A DNA stretch of 62,844 nt, counting the filler, from Squatina squatina (lineage: Eukaryota): NCBI GenBank assembly GCA_031763465.1. It is 4 parts of 3 records of this genome, joined end to end, with 100 filler letters (N's around TTAATTAATTAA, not from the genome) between each part and the next. Parts side by side here need not be neighbours in the genome. Positions count along the whole stretch, not along the records: positions 1 to 13,264 come from JARFOE010000192.1; 3 more parts are not named here. One strand, written 5' to 3'. The stretch's first letter is position 1; the number at the start of each line of letters is the position of its first letter. The notes beneath the pieces were generated by a model. That model was not told the origin of the DNA, ran no database searches, and saw nothing but the letters and a program-made list of their open reading frames with translations. Positions 1 to 13,264 of the stretch are shown here, piece after piece. The translations under genes and the position numbers were made by a program.

Positions 1-1407
1 AATACAGATTCTATTGGTCCATTCATACTGGAGTACAGAATCTCAGTGCCCATTCATACTGGGGTACAGCTCCACAGTGTCCATTCATACTGGGTACAGA
101 GACACAGTGTCCATTCATACTGGGGTACAGACACAGTGTCCATTCATACTGGGTACAGAGCCGCAGTGTTCATTCATCCTGGGTACAGACCAACAGTGTC
201 CATTCATACTGGGTACAGACACACAGTGTCCATTCATACTGGGTACAGACCAACAGTGTCCAATCATACAGGGGTACAGACCCACAGTGTCCATTCATAC
301 TGGGTACGGACACACAGTGTCCATTCATACTGGGTACAGACCCACTGTGTCCATTCAGACTGGGTACAGACCAACAGTGCCCATTCATACTGGGTACAGA
401 ATCAGAGTGTCCATTCATACTGGCTACAGACCCAGAGTGTCCATTCATACTGGCTACAGACCCACAGTGTCCATTCATACTGGCTACAGACCCAAAGTGT
501 CCATTCATACTGGGTACAGACCCACAGTGTCCATTCATACTGGGGTACAGACCGACAGTGTCCATTCATATTTGGGTACAGACACACAGTGTCCATTCAT
601 ACTGGGTACAGACCCACAGTGTCCATTCATACTGGGTACAGACCCAGAGTGTCCATTCATACTCGGGTACAGACCCACAGTTTCCATTCATACTGGGATA
701 CAGTCCCACAGGCTCCATTCATACTCATGTACAGAATCTCAGTGCCCAGTCATTCTGGAATACAGATTCTATTGGTCCATTCATACTGGAGTACAGAATC
801 TCAGTGCCCATTCATACTGGGGTACAGCTCCACAGTGTCCATCATACTGGAGTACAGAATCTCAGTGTCCATTCATTCTGGGTACAGATCCACAGTGTCC
901 ATTCATACTGGGTACAGACCAACAGTGTCCATTCATAAAGGGGTACAGACCCACAGTGTCCATTCATCCTGGGTACAGACCAACAGTGTCCATTCATAAT
1001 GGGGTACAGACCCACAGTGTCCATTCATCCTGGGTACAGACCCACAGTGTCCATTCATAATGGGTACAGACCCACAGTGTCCATTCACACTGGGTACAGA
1101 CCCAGAGTGTCCATTCATACTGGATACAGACCCACAGTGTCCATTCTGTAGCCAGTATGAATGGACACTGTGGGTCTGTACCCCAGTATGAATGGACACT
1201 GTGAGTCTGTACCCAGTATGAATGGACTCTGTGGGTACAGACCCACAGGGTCCATTCATACTGGGGTACAGACCCACAGTGTCCATTCATACTGGGGTAC
1301 AGACCCACAGTATCCATTCATACTGGGTACAGACCCACAGTGTCCATTCACACTGGTTACAGACCCACAGTGTCCATTCATACTGGCTACAGACCCCCAG
1401 TGTCCAT
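1..1407. repeat. Tandem satellite/minisatellite, ~30-31 bp unit (GTGTCCATTCATACTGGGTACAGACCCACA), with an internal inverted block at ~1146-1233
   Basis: Unit repeats visibly ~45 times and explains all long repetitive ORFs at 14-1442. The variant block at 1-80 recurs at ~759. Confidence 0.97.
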
Positions 1408-1544
1408 TCTGTCGCCAGTCTGAATGCACGTCATATACCTAGAACTTTAAATACTGTTCCGACATCTGCCTTAAAGCTGGCTACAGCAGCAAATTGTCAG
1501 GTGCCCAAGGTTCCAGGCTCCACCTCCATGGATGGAGTACCAAG
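1408..1544 (+). CDS. EPC1: Enhancer of polycomb homolog 1, 3' part of penultimate coding exon
   Basis: Encodes SVASLNARHIPRTLNTVPTSALKLATAANCQVPKVPGSTSMDGVP(R), matching the recalled EPC1 C-terminal region (NARHIPRTL..VP.SALKLA.AANCQV.KVP). Ends at donor AAG|GTAAGC, phase 2. The 5' part is replaced by satellite. Confidence 0.93.
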
Positions 1545-2206
1545 GTAAGCTCCATTCTCTGACTGAAGACCTGCATTTTAGAGAATCTCTTGCTTTACTG
1601 TACAGTATAGATTTATTTTAGTTGAGCCCTGATGACATTGACTTTTTCTTTAAATGTAATAGTTGACAGATATTTAACATTCATGATTTGGGTTGTAATT
1701 GGACTCTGTTATGGAAGAAGAGTATTGCCTTGAACAACTTATTTCCTTGTGTGCTGTAGTAAAGATGCATTTTATGATGTAAATAGTTTACTTCTGGACG
1801 GTGACCTTCTTTATTCATGCAGTCTCCATCACCCAATGAATGGATTGTTGCCCAATCTTGAGGATGATCGGGTGGGGTGGGGGGAGGAAAGTGTGTGTGG
1901 AACCAATGGGATTTATCAGAGATGCGATATCCCAGCAGGCTTCAATTATGTGCAGACTTTGCTCTTCTGGTCTCACCCATTTGAGGGTTTGTCTGGCAAC
2001 CGTTTCAACCTGTCACTCATTTGCGGCAGGAAGTTCAGTTGGAGAGCACCTGATATACAAGTTTATGGAAAATGAAATCCTTTTGTAATCGGTAGCACTT
2101 ACTTTCAGTTTTAATTTCTAATTGTGGCTAGTTGTTTTGAACTAGTGCTTTTGTGTGATTTTCCGTTTTCGTTCACATTTATATTGCTTGTGTGCGCTGG
2201 TTTCAG

Positions 2207-2291
2207 TCAAGTCAGCAAAAACGATACTACAATTGACCTTCTGTCAGAAAAGGACAGGGAGGATGGACAAGTGGATGTGGAATTGATTTAA
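2207..2291 (+). CDS. EPC1: Candidate alternative terminal exon of EPC1: (S)QVSKNDTTIDLLSEKDREDGQVDVELI*
   Basis: TTTCAG acceptor after a T-rich tract. Open in the phase-2 frame required by the 1544 donor. Followed by AT-rich UTR-like sequence. Confidence 0.55.
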
Positions 2292-3232
2292 GCTGAAAGG
2301 CGAGGAGCTGAGCTCCTTCTTTGCCTCACTTCTTGTTCACTGAAATCCTGTCCATTTGACTCCTTCAACCAATGATCCTATTCCTTTCCTTAGCACTGGA
2401 TATAGGTGGTCTCCTNNNNNNNNNNNNNNNNNNNNNNNNNNNNNNNNNNNNNNNNNNNNNNNNNNNNNNNNNNNNNNNNNNNNNNNNNNNNNNNNNNNNN
2501 NNNNNNNNNNNNNNNNNNNNNNNNGGGGAATGTGTCATTTTGTAAAACTGGTTTCAAGCCACCAGCAAAGGTTAGACCGGTTCAGTTTAAGCCAAGCAAT
2601 GATATTTGTCCAGACTATCTTAAAGGTAACTACAGAGCAACTTACCTGCTTTTACAAAGCATGGTAACTCAAGACACATGCTTTGGCACTTTTGTGCTTC
2701 AGCCTGACATCGTAATCAACTAAGAAAGCTCCCTGCTTCTGATTTCTACTATTTGACATGGTTCATTTGAATGTAAAGGTTTAATAGTTCATTTATCTTT
2801 GACATAGTTTTTGTTCTTTTGCATTTAGTTTCCCCTTTTTATAATGAAGTGGTTATTTTTGTCTTTTGCCTCATTACATCAACCGTCTGTTGCCTTCAAA
2901 CTTTATATGCAGTAGACAGTATAGCAAGATGATGTATTTTCATGGTTTTTGTATGGTGGCTAGCTCTTAGAAGAACTATGTCCCCAATGGTTCTTTCTCC
3001 TTCTGCCTTCCCCAAGACAGTTTTGATTAGTTTATTTTTCTGTGGAGATTGAATCACATTTAAAGAAAGAGGGGAAAATCTCAAAATGTAGGTGATAACT
3101 GCATTTCTCTCGATCAGTACCCTTTTTCACAATGCTGAATGCTGGAGAACATTTCAGGAGCTGGCTTGAAGGAGTTGGTGAGCTCAATTGTGTGACATCA
3201 CCAAAACTCTCTGTTCAAGTGGATAAACTTCC

Positions 3233-3259
3233 CACACACACACACACACACACACACAC
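3233..3259. repeat. (CA)n microsatellite
   Basis: Direct reading. Confidence 0.95.
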
Positions 3260-6100
3260 CTTCTGAAAATCTTAAAAATGATCATAATTCTTTAATGGTT
3301 TGAATTTTTATATAAAGGGGTACTGATGATGACTCACTCTTTAAACATCACACCTGCAGGAAGTGTCTCTCCATAAACACGTCACTGGCCCTGCAATTCA
3401 TAGCGCCATAGAGACGTGATGTTGCCACCCAGATGGTGAAATAGGAGTCATAAAAGGAGACTTTACTACAGCACATCGGGAAACTTTAAGGGTAGGAGCA
3501 GGAGGTTGGGAGGCAAGTAAAGTGCTTTTGTTTTTTTAACTGCTGCTGTCTCTCTGGAGTGACCTCTCTGATTCTCTCTCCCCTTTACCTTGGACATCTT
3601 GTGCCATTTTGTGTAGGCATGCAGNNNNNNNNNNNNNNNNNNNNNNNNNNNAAATTTATGTGGCTCTTTTGGCATTTTGAAGACCATGATTCAGTAAGAC
3701 CTGTGAGTTCTACTTTGATATTTTTAAATAATACATTAAACAGTGAAGGAACAGTTTTTATCCATGGCTAATCTTTTTTGTGGTTTTAACTTAATTAAAC
3801 CATTCATGTTCATAGCTCTTGGTAGAAGATTGTGTAGCTGATATTAAAATGATGTTTTAGTCTTTTATATTGCTTCAGGCACAGAACAGAGTAGTTCTTG
3901 AATGTGATGTAAGTATTAACTAAAAATCTAGTTAATGTGTATAACCTGTTAGCAAGAAATTTATTGGAGGACTGCTTCATTTTTTTTTTTTACTAAGTAT
4001 CTGCTTTGTGCTTCAATAGAACAGCAAAATCATGGAAATTTCTCCAGGGAGTGCTAAGCAAGAATAACTTAACTGTGTGCCCTCCCTGGGTATGTTTTGC
4101 TGGCATTTCCTCATTTTAACAATGAATGGAACAGATGTGTACTATAGCTATATAATGTAATAAACATGTGCGCAAGTGAAGTGGAAATTCTGAGTAAGCA
4201 GACTGGCTTAAAAATGTACATTGTTTGAAATAACAATTGTTGATCTGCGCATGCAAATCAGTAAACCATCCTCTAATTTTATTGGGGTGGGTGTTATGCA
4301 ATAACATGGTCTTCTGGAATTTATTTGATCATCTTCCGGGGGCGGTGGTGGAGAGGAATTTCCCAGAGTTTTTCCTAAATTGGCCTAAGGTTTATTTTCT
4401 CTTTTTGCCTGTCTCAGGACATTGCAAGGTTGCCTAGATAGGTGAGTGAATGGGTGGTGGTGTGAAGACGTTACACCATGTCAATATAGAAGAGGCTCAA
4501 TGCATCAACTGATTCTTCACCTGTCCTCTTTTGGACTGTCATGAGTTTTTACACCTTTTGCAGTTGCCATATAGATCCCATGATAATTCCTTATCTGATG
4601 CTAGATTTAAGGTTTCAATCTTGAATTGCAACACAATTCTTTTTCTCATTAGTGGCAGTTACTGAGATTGTAAACTTGACATTTATTGGTCAATTCTTCA
4701 GCTTAAGCTGTAAATCTAGGACTAGTCTATTTAATTTTACTTGAGTTTGGCATTATGTAGGTTTTGGAAGATTTTTGATAAATATATGGTGAAAACGTGC
4801 ATCATTGCTTTAANNNNNNNNNNNNNNNNNNNNNNNNNNNNNNNNNCTCCTGCTCCTATTTTCTATGTTTCTATGAAATGATTCTTGAAAGGATTGACTG
4901 CTGGTTCCTCTACTGGTAATTTGCTGGGTCCAGTTTACATTCAAAAATCCAAGCTTTCATGTTGGCCATTAATCAAGTGCAGGGTATCATCATTGATCTT
5001 TGGACCATGCTATAACAAAAACACTACGCATGCTTCATGTTGTTTAGGAGAGAACATCATCTGTGGCACAGGATAATAGTCTAAATTTTTGAGGAGTGCC
5101 CTTTTTGTGAAGATCCTCTTGAAAATATTGAATTGCGGTGGAGAATTTCCCAACACATATTGCCATAATGGTTACAAATGGTTATTTAGTTCAACTGTAG
5201 GAGAAATGGGCATCGCACCATGCCATTCTCTATAAATATTAGACGTTTCCACTTCAACATCATTCTCCGTTGACTCAAGTGGACTGAGCAAGCAAACTAT
5301 GATCACCCATCCCAGGCAAAAGCCCCGTCTGTATTCACTACAAAGGAATGGTGTATGCCATGAATGCCTTCTAAATAGGGATAACAGATTATTGAAGCCA
5401 TTGGATCAAATTCATCAAGTAAAGATAGTGCAGAACATTTTGTAGATAGCAGTGCTTTTATATTAATTCACAGTAAGTGACCTCAATTCCTTAGTTTTTT
5501 ATAGATCAGGTTGAAAACCTCATCTGAGGTTATTACTTTAAATTGCATTTCATTTCTCTGAGATTACGGAGTCTGTTTCACTAATCTAGCCATCCTTTAG
5601 AGAGCAATATAATTTGTCTGAAGAACTTTGGCATCCTATACCAATGCAACCAAGTCAGTTTACTAGTCCTTGCTGATGTTCGGCACATTTGGTAACAAAT
5701 TACTGGGCAATCCATTATTAAGACAAATGGCTTGTTACTCAGAAAAAAATACACAGAAACCACGAGGCAGTGACTGAAATAAATTGTGGATCTGACAGGT
5801 TAGCTGCATATATAGCAAGCAAAATGTCTGGCCAGATTGGAGTCAGTGGAAATGAGTGCTCGTGTCAAAATCTTGTGCAGGTTACATACACAAAACACAG
5901 AATGGGGACAATGGGAGACTGAAACTTTTTTTCAATTGAACAATTGGTAGAGATCACAAGTGAGTCATTTCATAAAACCTAGCTAAATTTGGGTTACTGC
6001 AAAGGTCAATTTGACCCATTGCTATTGTTGTGTGTTTTGATGTAAATATGAAAAATGATCACAGAGCAGTGACTAACAGTGTATCTCTCTCTTTCTCCAG

Positions 6101-6173
6101 GGAAAACCATGACACAGAAAAGCCAGCACTAAACAGTATAGCAGACAATACAGTGGCAATGGAAGTAACGTAG
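6101..6173 (+). CDS. EPC1: EPC1 canonical last coding exon: (R)ENHDTEKPALNSIADNTVAMEVT*
   Basis: Strong acceptor ctctctctttctccag. Conserved EPC C-terminus ...VAMEVT*, with EPC1-type KPALN. Phase matches the 1544 donor. Confidence 0.96.
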
Positions 6174-9100
6174 TGTCCACAAAGACAGCTGCAGCCTTGG
6201 GAACTCATTTAGGTGCTATGCATCAATAGCGTTTGTGAATGCAAGGGTTGGCGGAATGCAGNNNNNNNNNNNNNNNNNNNNNNNNNNNNNNNNNNNNNNN
6301 NNNNNNNNNNNNNNNNNNNNNNNNNNNNNNNNNNNNNNNNNNNNNNNNNNNNNNNNNNNNNNNNNNNNNNNNNNNNNNNNNNNNNNNNNNNNNNNNNNNN
6401 NNNNNNNNNNNNNNNNNNNNNNNNNNNNNNNNNNNNNNNNNNNNNNNNNNNNNNNNNNNNNNNNNNNNNNNNNNNNNNNNNNNNNNNNNNNNNNNNNNNN
6501 NNNNNNNNNNNNNNNNNNNNNNNNNNNNNNNNNNNNNNNNNNNNNNNNNNNNNNNNNNNNNNNNNNNNNNNNNNNNNNNNNNNNNNNNNNNNNNNNNNNN
6601 NNNNNNNNNNNNNNNNNNNNNNNNNNNNNNNNNNNNNNNNNNCCTCGGTATTTTGTATATGGTGAACATACTTGGTTCCCCTCTGGGTCCCTGAGTTTCT
6701 GTGTATCATGTAAAAATGGTGACATACATACAGATTTGAAAATTAAGGCATCGGTTTGTAAATGGGGATGGAACTACTTCATGGAGACATAGGGATCTTC
6801 CACTTATATTTGTTCTAACGCAAGTAACAAGCTGGAAATGAAGTCACACTTTTTTTCAGAAGCAGAGAAGCTTCTGCAAAATTATTTTAGCACTAATTAT
6901 TTTCTATGCTGCTTAGAGATTTTTTTGCTCAATTGAGTTTAAACAAATTGGACCTCCTTCAAAACAAATCTGAGCTGTATCAGATTCCCTAGCTTTTTTT
7001 CATAGTTCATTCATCATTCAGTTATTTTTGTATCTGTTCACGTTGTAATTTTCTTGTTGATTTTGTGCTCCTGTACACACAGACTTCATTCTTCACTTGT
7101 TCACGTGAAAAAGAGAAGAAACAACAAGGAGATAAGGGAGATGAATGCAGTAGTTGCTGTACGTGTATCATCATTCCAGTTTCTGAAACAGCCAGCTTTT
7201 ACTTTCAGATTCTTGTGAAGGCTATAAGGCCAGAACCACGATATCGGGTGCCTTCCTTTGGAAATAATAGACCTCTCTTCTGTGAAGAGATTGGTACTTA
7301 ACAGACTACTACTAGTGCTTTGTCAGTACCTGAGTCTGAATGCCCAGTCCAATGGCATATTTATCCTCAAGGTTTTTAATCCCACCTGGAATTGTGACAG
7401 AACTCTCACAAAATAAACCCAGGGCATTATATGTTGACCAACAGCTGTGTTTTTTTTTTTAAATTTTGTATCGTGTGTTGGAGTTATTTTTCTTGCTACA
7501 TTAGAAAGAAAAGTAATTTGTGTATTTACAGTATTTTGTAATTGAAGCATTATGAAATGTGAGCTCTCACCATTTTACCATGCTGGTAAGTTAGATTTAA
7601 AAAAAAAATCTGGGGGGAAATTATGTGGCTGGTAATGCATTGAGNNNNNNNNNNNNNNNNNNNNNNNNNNNNNNNNNNNNNNNNNNNNNNNNNNNNNNNN
7701 NNNNNNNNNNNNNNNNNNNNNNNNNNNNNNNNNNNNNNNNNNNNCGTATTGGGTCTTACAAAGTTCCTTACGATGGTCAAATGTCTTCTTCATCGGTAAA
7801 AGCTTGAATATTAGCAGACGTTTAAGTAATAAATGCTGCAAGGGTTTTCATACAGATCCCTGACACACTCGTATCTACATGATCGTGGATCGCGTTAGAA
7901 ATTTGTATATCATGGTTCCAATCATGATCATAGATATAGGTATCGGTTCAAATGTAGACAAATCCTACCGACATACACTAGGAGGACATGTTCGGAGCTT
8001 TTGTATGATAATCTGTTCTGCTATGTTTTGTTCGCTAAAACGTCAAAACTCAACGCGATTGTAATTCACATACCTGTTCCTCGAAATTCGCATATTATGA
8101 GTCGAACTTGAATAATATATTATCGTATAGTGTCATGATCAGTCGTGATGAATGAATTAATGAATGATTATTTTCATTTTACTACTTTATTGAATTGCAC
8201 AATTAGATCATTGGAAAATAATTGCCTCTTAGTCATTACTTTTATGTTTAATCAGTGTGGCAATGGAAACATTCTTCATTTATGAAGTGCCCACATACAA
8301 ATAGGATATTGCTGTCTTTCTAAGGGGATTAATTGCCTAGGGACACCGTCCCTTTAAGAAACTTGTGCCATGGTGTTTCCATCTTGGCCAGGTGATCTGC
8401 ATATATAAATATACCAGTACTTAAGTTTTATTCCCCTCACCCATCAGCAGAAAAGATTCTCTTCTAATGGTCCAATAAAAGTCAGTTCTTCAGCATTGTT
8501 CTTTGTACATTTGACAGTACTGAAACAATTTTGAAAATTACCTTTTTAAACAATTTGCTCCATTACCAATGTCATATTCTTCAGTAATTATTTGCTGTGT
8601 CTCTGTATTGGTTCATCGGATTGGCTTTGCTCCAGTTGGTTTAGCCCAACTTAGATATTCGTCAGCAGGTGGTTGATACCAACTTCTAGTTTCAAAATGT
8701 GTTTTGAATATCATTTGGATCCTTCCCTGTGGCTGTTATCCAAGATACCGGTCTATTTTGTCTTCCAACATTGCTGGACTTTCAGAACTGTCAGACCTGC
8801 TCCAAACTTGCCAACATACCCTACTTAGCCATCAAGTGAAGAGGCAGATTTCATAGCCACAAATGTGTTCCTTTCTGCTCCAGGCACATACACCTCTGGT
8901 TTTAGTTCTACCAAAATTTCAACAATTGCCTCAAACTCGGTGCCTGTTTTAGTTCAAATTGGTATCAAAATTAATGTACAAGAAGAAATGGACCAAACCA
9001 GTAAAATCTGCATTGATCTAGTAGGTAACGCAAGGCATCAACAAAGTCCACGTGACTTTCTAAATATTATAGAATGATACAGCGCAGGAGGCCATTCGGC

Positions 9101-10326
9101 CCATCGTGCCTGTGCTAACTCTTTGAATGAGCTGTCCAATTAGTCCCGCTACCCTGCTCTTTCCCCATAGCCCATCCTTTTCAAGTATTTATTCTATTCC
9201 CTGTTGAAANNNNNNNNNNNNNNNNNNNNNNNNNNNNNNNNNNNNNNNNNNNNNNNNNNNNNNNNNNNNNNNNNNNNNNNNNNNNNNNNNNNNNNNNNNN
9301 NNNNNNNNNTTTTAAAATCTGATTTGCCAGGAGATGGCACAGCTTTCGGGTGGGATGTGGAGTCTACATATCGTGATGCACAAGGCTTTGTAGTTGTGCG
9401 GAGCAGGTCAGATGCACCAGAGGGACTTTTCCGGTCCGCCATTGTTTATGTGGTCGTACTGAGGCCGCTTATAACAGCCTCTACCTTCACCACGACGGCG
9501 ATCATCTAACTCAGCACAGAGAGGGATTGAGTCTGAGACAGTCCTGGTCTGTATAGCCCTGGCCTACACTGGGCATGGAATTTACTGACTTTGCAGCAGG
9601 GTAACCCCAATATGTATATTTCTGTATAACCGTGGTAATAAATTTGTCCTATCCGTAGTATCCTTTATTTTGTAAATACCTGTTTGTTAACGTGAGGAAT
9701 AATGTGATAATATTTTTATGCATTAGTGAAATGTAAATATAACGTATGAATCAGGACTGCATCATTAATCTAGCTGTCATACAAAATCCCTGGAGCACTG
9801 TAGCCGTGCACTACCCAATCCCTTACCGTGTACTGTGGCTCCACATTAGGAACAATCCAATAGTACCATGTGGAGCTGGATCTGTGCCAAGATACAAGGT
9901 AGAAGTTAGCCCCATGTTGTGTAACTACAAACAATCACATCTGCCAACACAGATTTTATTGTGACTGGCAAGCTGGAATTAATGAAGCAAAATTAAAAGA
10001 CAGACAAACTTGTTGTAGTCTGTTAATTTGTTAAACATAATTAAACACGATTAACAGACTTGCATAGAACAGTACTTTAATTCCAACCAATATTGGAGCC
10101 TTACTGTTTGCCACGCTTTGTGCTTCTGCCCTTATAACAGAAACNNNNNNNNNNNNNNNNNNNNNNNNNNNNNNNNNNNNNNNNNNNNNNNNNNNNNNNN
10201 NNNNNNNNNNNNNNNNNNNNNNNNNNNNNNNNNNNNNNNNNNNNACATTGAAATTATTTCCAAGTTCTATGCAAAATATATTTTTTTTAATTTACAGTTT
10301 TAATTGATTCAGAGTTTTTTTTTCAG

Positions 10327-10414
10327 GGCAAGTCTTATGTGTACGACCATGTTTTTGCATCAAATGCATCACAAGAGCAAGTGTACAATGCCTGTGCAAA
10401 AAATATTGTCAAAG
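10327..10414 (+). CDS. KIF5B: Kinesin-1 heavy chain exon 2 ([29 protein letters not shown])
   Basis: 88-nt exon, tttcag|...AAAG|gtgagt, KIF5 motor sequence. Paralog assigned from EPC1-KIF5B same-strand synteny. Confidence 0.9.
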
Positions 10415-10917
10415 GTGAGTCATGTTAATGAAAAGTAGGTATGTGTTGAATTTGTTTCATAAATTTTCCATTGCCAAAGTATTAACAATTTTGATTTGGA
10501 CTCTATTCTACGTATTCACTAGGTGGGGGAAATGCTTCTCACCTCGCCTTGCTTTAAACTGTTAATTTTACACTCAGAAAGGTACATCTTCCTATTGGTG
10601 TTTTAATGCTGTTGTTGTTATTTATTTGAGTGCGTTACCACTGATTGGAAAATAGATCCCATGTTCTCCAGTTCTGCCCTCACAGCCCACGTTTTATTGC
10701 TCTCAGCATTTAAAACCAAGACAATTTCCCCCAATTTACTTTCTCCAATGCAAAGGCTTTTTAATAAAATTTATCCAATGCTTTCAAAGCTCGGATTTCC
10801 CCATATTTTGCACTATGTTCCAAACATGGCTTCACCAATGATCACCATGCCTTCTCGGTGCATTCCTAACATTTGATTAGCCTGGCTGATGAAAGGTTTG
10901 CAATGATTGTTGAACAT

Positions 10918-11097
10918 CAGTTGGCTCAGTAGGGAGCACCCTTGCCTCTGAATCAGGTGGTTAGGGTTCAAGCCCATTAAAATGCTCCATCCAGTGCAGT
11001 ACCGAGTCAGTGCTGCATTGCCTGAGGCATCACTCTTCTGATGAAATGTTCAACTGAGATCCCATCTGCCTGTTCTGGATGTTAAAATTCCATAAGA
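10918..11097 (+). mobile_element. tRNA-headed Deu-domain SINE (SacSINE1-like), 5' part
   Basis: A box TGGCTCAGTAGG and B box GGTTCAAGCCC, then a CCAGTGCAGTAC.. Deu-like core homologous to the reverse complement of 52070-52160. Confidence 0.7.
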
Positions 11098-11294
11098 CTA
11101 ACGAGTAGGAAGTCGTGCTTGCAGGGGGCATGAGTTGGGGATAAAGCTACAACACTGTTTCCCCGATTCTCCAACCAGCGTNNNNNNNNNNNNNNNNNNN
11201 NNNNNNNNNNNNNNNNNNNNNNNNNNNNNNNNNNNNNNNNNNNNNNNNNNNNNNNNNNNNNNNNNNNNNNNNNNNNNNNNNTTTCTAATTACAG

Positions 11295-11399
11295 GGAACA
11301 CTTCATGATCATGATTGTATGGGAATAATTCCCAGGATAGCCCAAGATATTTTTAATTACATTTACTCCATGGATGAAAATTTGGAATTCCACATCAAG
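11295..11399 (+). CDS. KIF5B: Kinesin-1 heavy chain exon 4 ([35 protein letters not shown])
   Basis: 105-nt exon, acag|...AAG|gtaaaa, GIIPRI motif. Confidence 0.93.
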
Positions 11400-11925
11400 G
11401 TAAAAGTGCCCTCAAACCAAATGTAATCCTTTGTTTTCAAACATTCTCGTGATGTGGCTATCTCTGGCAAGGCTGACATTTATTGCTCTTCCTTAGTTGC
11501 CCTTGAGAAGGTAATGGTGGGCCATTTTCTTAATCGCTGCAGTGTAATGGTTTGATTCAACTGAGGGACTTGGTTGGCCACTTCAGAGAGCAGTTGAGTC
11601 ACTTATAGGCCAAACCAGGTAAGAATGGCAGGTTTACTTCCCTGAAGGATAATAGTGAACCAGTTGAGTTTTTTTACAACAATCTGGCCAACAATGCTCA
11701 CTTTTACAGCTTTCATTTAGTTGTAGTTTTTAATTTAAAAAAGGAAACTGAATTCAAGTTCTCAAACTGCCATTGTAGGATTTGAACTCGTATTCTCTGG
11801 ATTATTAGTCCAGTAACATAACCATTGGGGGAAAAAAACTTCGGCAAACAGCTTTTAAAATATATTTAATGTACAGTAACAGTTTCTTTGCGATTAATTG
11901 GTGTCATTTAAATTATATGTTCCAG

Positions 11926-11974
11926 GTTTCCTATTTTGAAATTTATTTGGACAAGATTAGGGATCTTTTGGATG
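11926..11974 (+). CDS. KIF5B: Kinesin-1 heavy chain exon 5 (VSYFEIYLDKIRDLLD)
   Basis: 49-nt exon, tccag|...G|gtaaga, hallmark kinesin motif. Confidence 0.95.
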
Positions 11975-12269
11975 GTAAGATTCTTCATTTTCTCAAATAT
12001 AGATAGACAAATTACCTGGGGTAATTTTGAGCACGAACTAGGGATTTATTTTTATGCCTGAATTATATATTTGCAAGCAGTATTGCCCAAAAAATCTTCA
12101 TTTGAAGTCTCGGGTAGAGTTGTAGAAGTTGCTACCATTATAGTTTTGTAGATTATAAAAATAGAGAGCTCCATAGTTCTTAAATAGCTTTAAATTGTTT
12201 AAAATAAAACATGTTAATCTCTAAGGCACAAGTGAAATGTCACCAGACTAGTTCTGGCTGAAAGATATA

Positions 12270-12606
12270 GGGGCCCCAATTGGTGTACCTTCGTGCCCAG
12301 GTAATGCCAATCAGCAGCGCTACCCGGGCATGAAAGCAGCATAGAGTCAAAAAATGATCATTTGAAGTATTGGGCCTGGTGGCGCTCAGGCCTCATTGGC
12401 ACCAGGGTCAGACGCGCAACATCATAAGATCATGCGCTGACCCCCTCCAAGCCCAGCCACAATAACCCCTGTGCCATGGGTGAGCCACCTTCGGAATTGG
12501 AGGCCATTGGCTTTGGCAACGACAGGTTCCCCCTGTTGCCACCAAGGCCAGTTAAAGGCCTAGGTCCTGTAATGGCAGCCGCCATATTTAAACAGTGGCC
12601 CACGTT
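12270..12606 (+). mobile_element. GC-rich interspersed repeat (putative non-autonomous DNA transposon end), homologous to 39887-40238
   Basis: Both copies start GGGGCCCCAATT and share collinear blocks (GGCAACGACAGGTT, TTAAAGGC, CCATxTTTAAACA). Confidence 0.7.
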
Positions 12607-12706
12607 NNNNNNNNNNNNNNNNNNNNNNNNNNNNNNNNNNNNNNNNNNNNNNNNNNNNNNNNNNNNNNNNNNNNNNNNNNNNNNNNNNNNNNNNNNNNNN
12701 NNNNNN

Positions 12707-12828
<122 letters not shown>

Positions 12829-13264
12829 TGATGTAAACATGTTCTTTTACAGTGCTATACCTAAAAAAGTGTTCACCAGCCATCCACTTTGAGAAAGTTT
12901 CTGTGATTTCCAGATCAATAGTGTGAAAAATGCTTCACATACTCTAAGCTTAATTGTTTTCATAAAAATTTTAGTATTTTCATGCTGAAATTGACCCCCA
13001 AAGTGTGGCAAGTGTTTTTTTGCCATGTAAATTTAAAGGAGGGTTTGTTTAATACAGTTTTGGTCAAAAGTTTAAACACATTTATGCAATATTTCTCTAA
13101 ATTTGCTAAAACCATCTAATCTACCATCAAACATTAGGGGATGGGAAACAGTTTGATATTTTATCAATTTGTAAGAAGGACTGCAACATACTTAGTATCC
13201 TTATTTTCAATCGGACTCATTGGTTGTCAGGCAGTAACATGCAATGATGGCAAAGATGATTCTG

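Noticed and set aside
1-1407. CRISPR-like regular repeats
   Set aside because: No unique spacers, no cas genes, vertebrate context.
14-1442. Long repetitive ORFs up to 348 aa (SIHTGYRPTV repeats, superficially like zinc-finger linkers)
   Set aside because: Translations of a 30-bp satellite that is open in most frames; no C2H2 spacing.
6209-6792. ORFs spanning N runs (also 25894-26721, 27338-28225 and many others)
   Set aside because: Open only because of N gaps.
7858-8140. CpG-rich segment with weak terminal inverted similarity (TGACAC/GTGTCA)
   Set aside because: Possible old MITE, but the match is too short to call.
10918-10975. tRNA gene
   Set aside because: A/B boxes continue into a SINE core and there is no intact cloverleaf.
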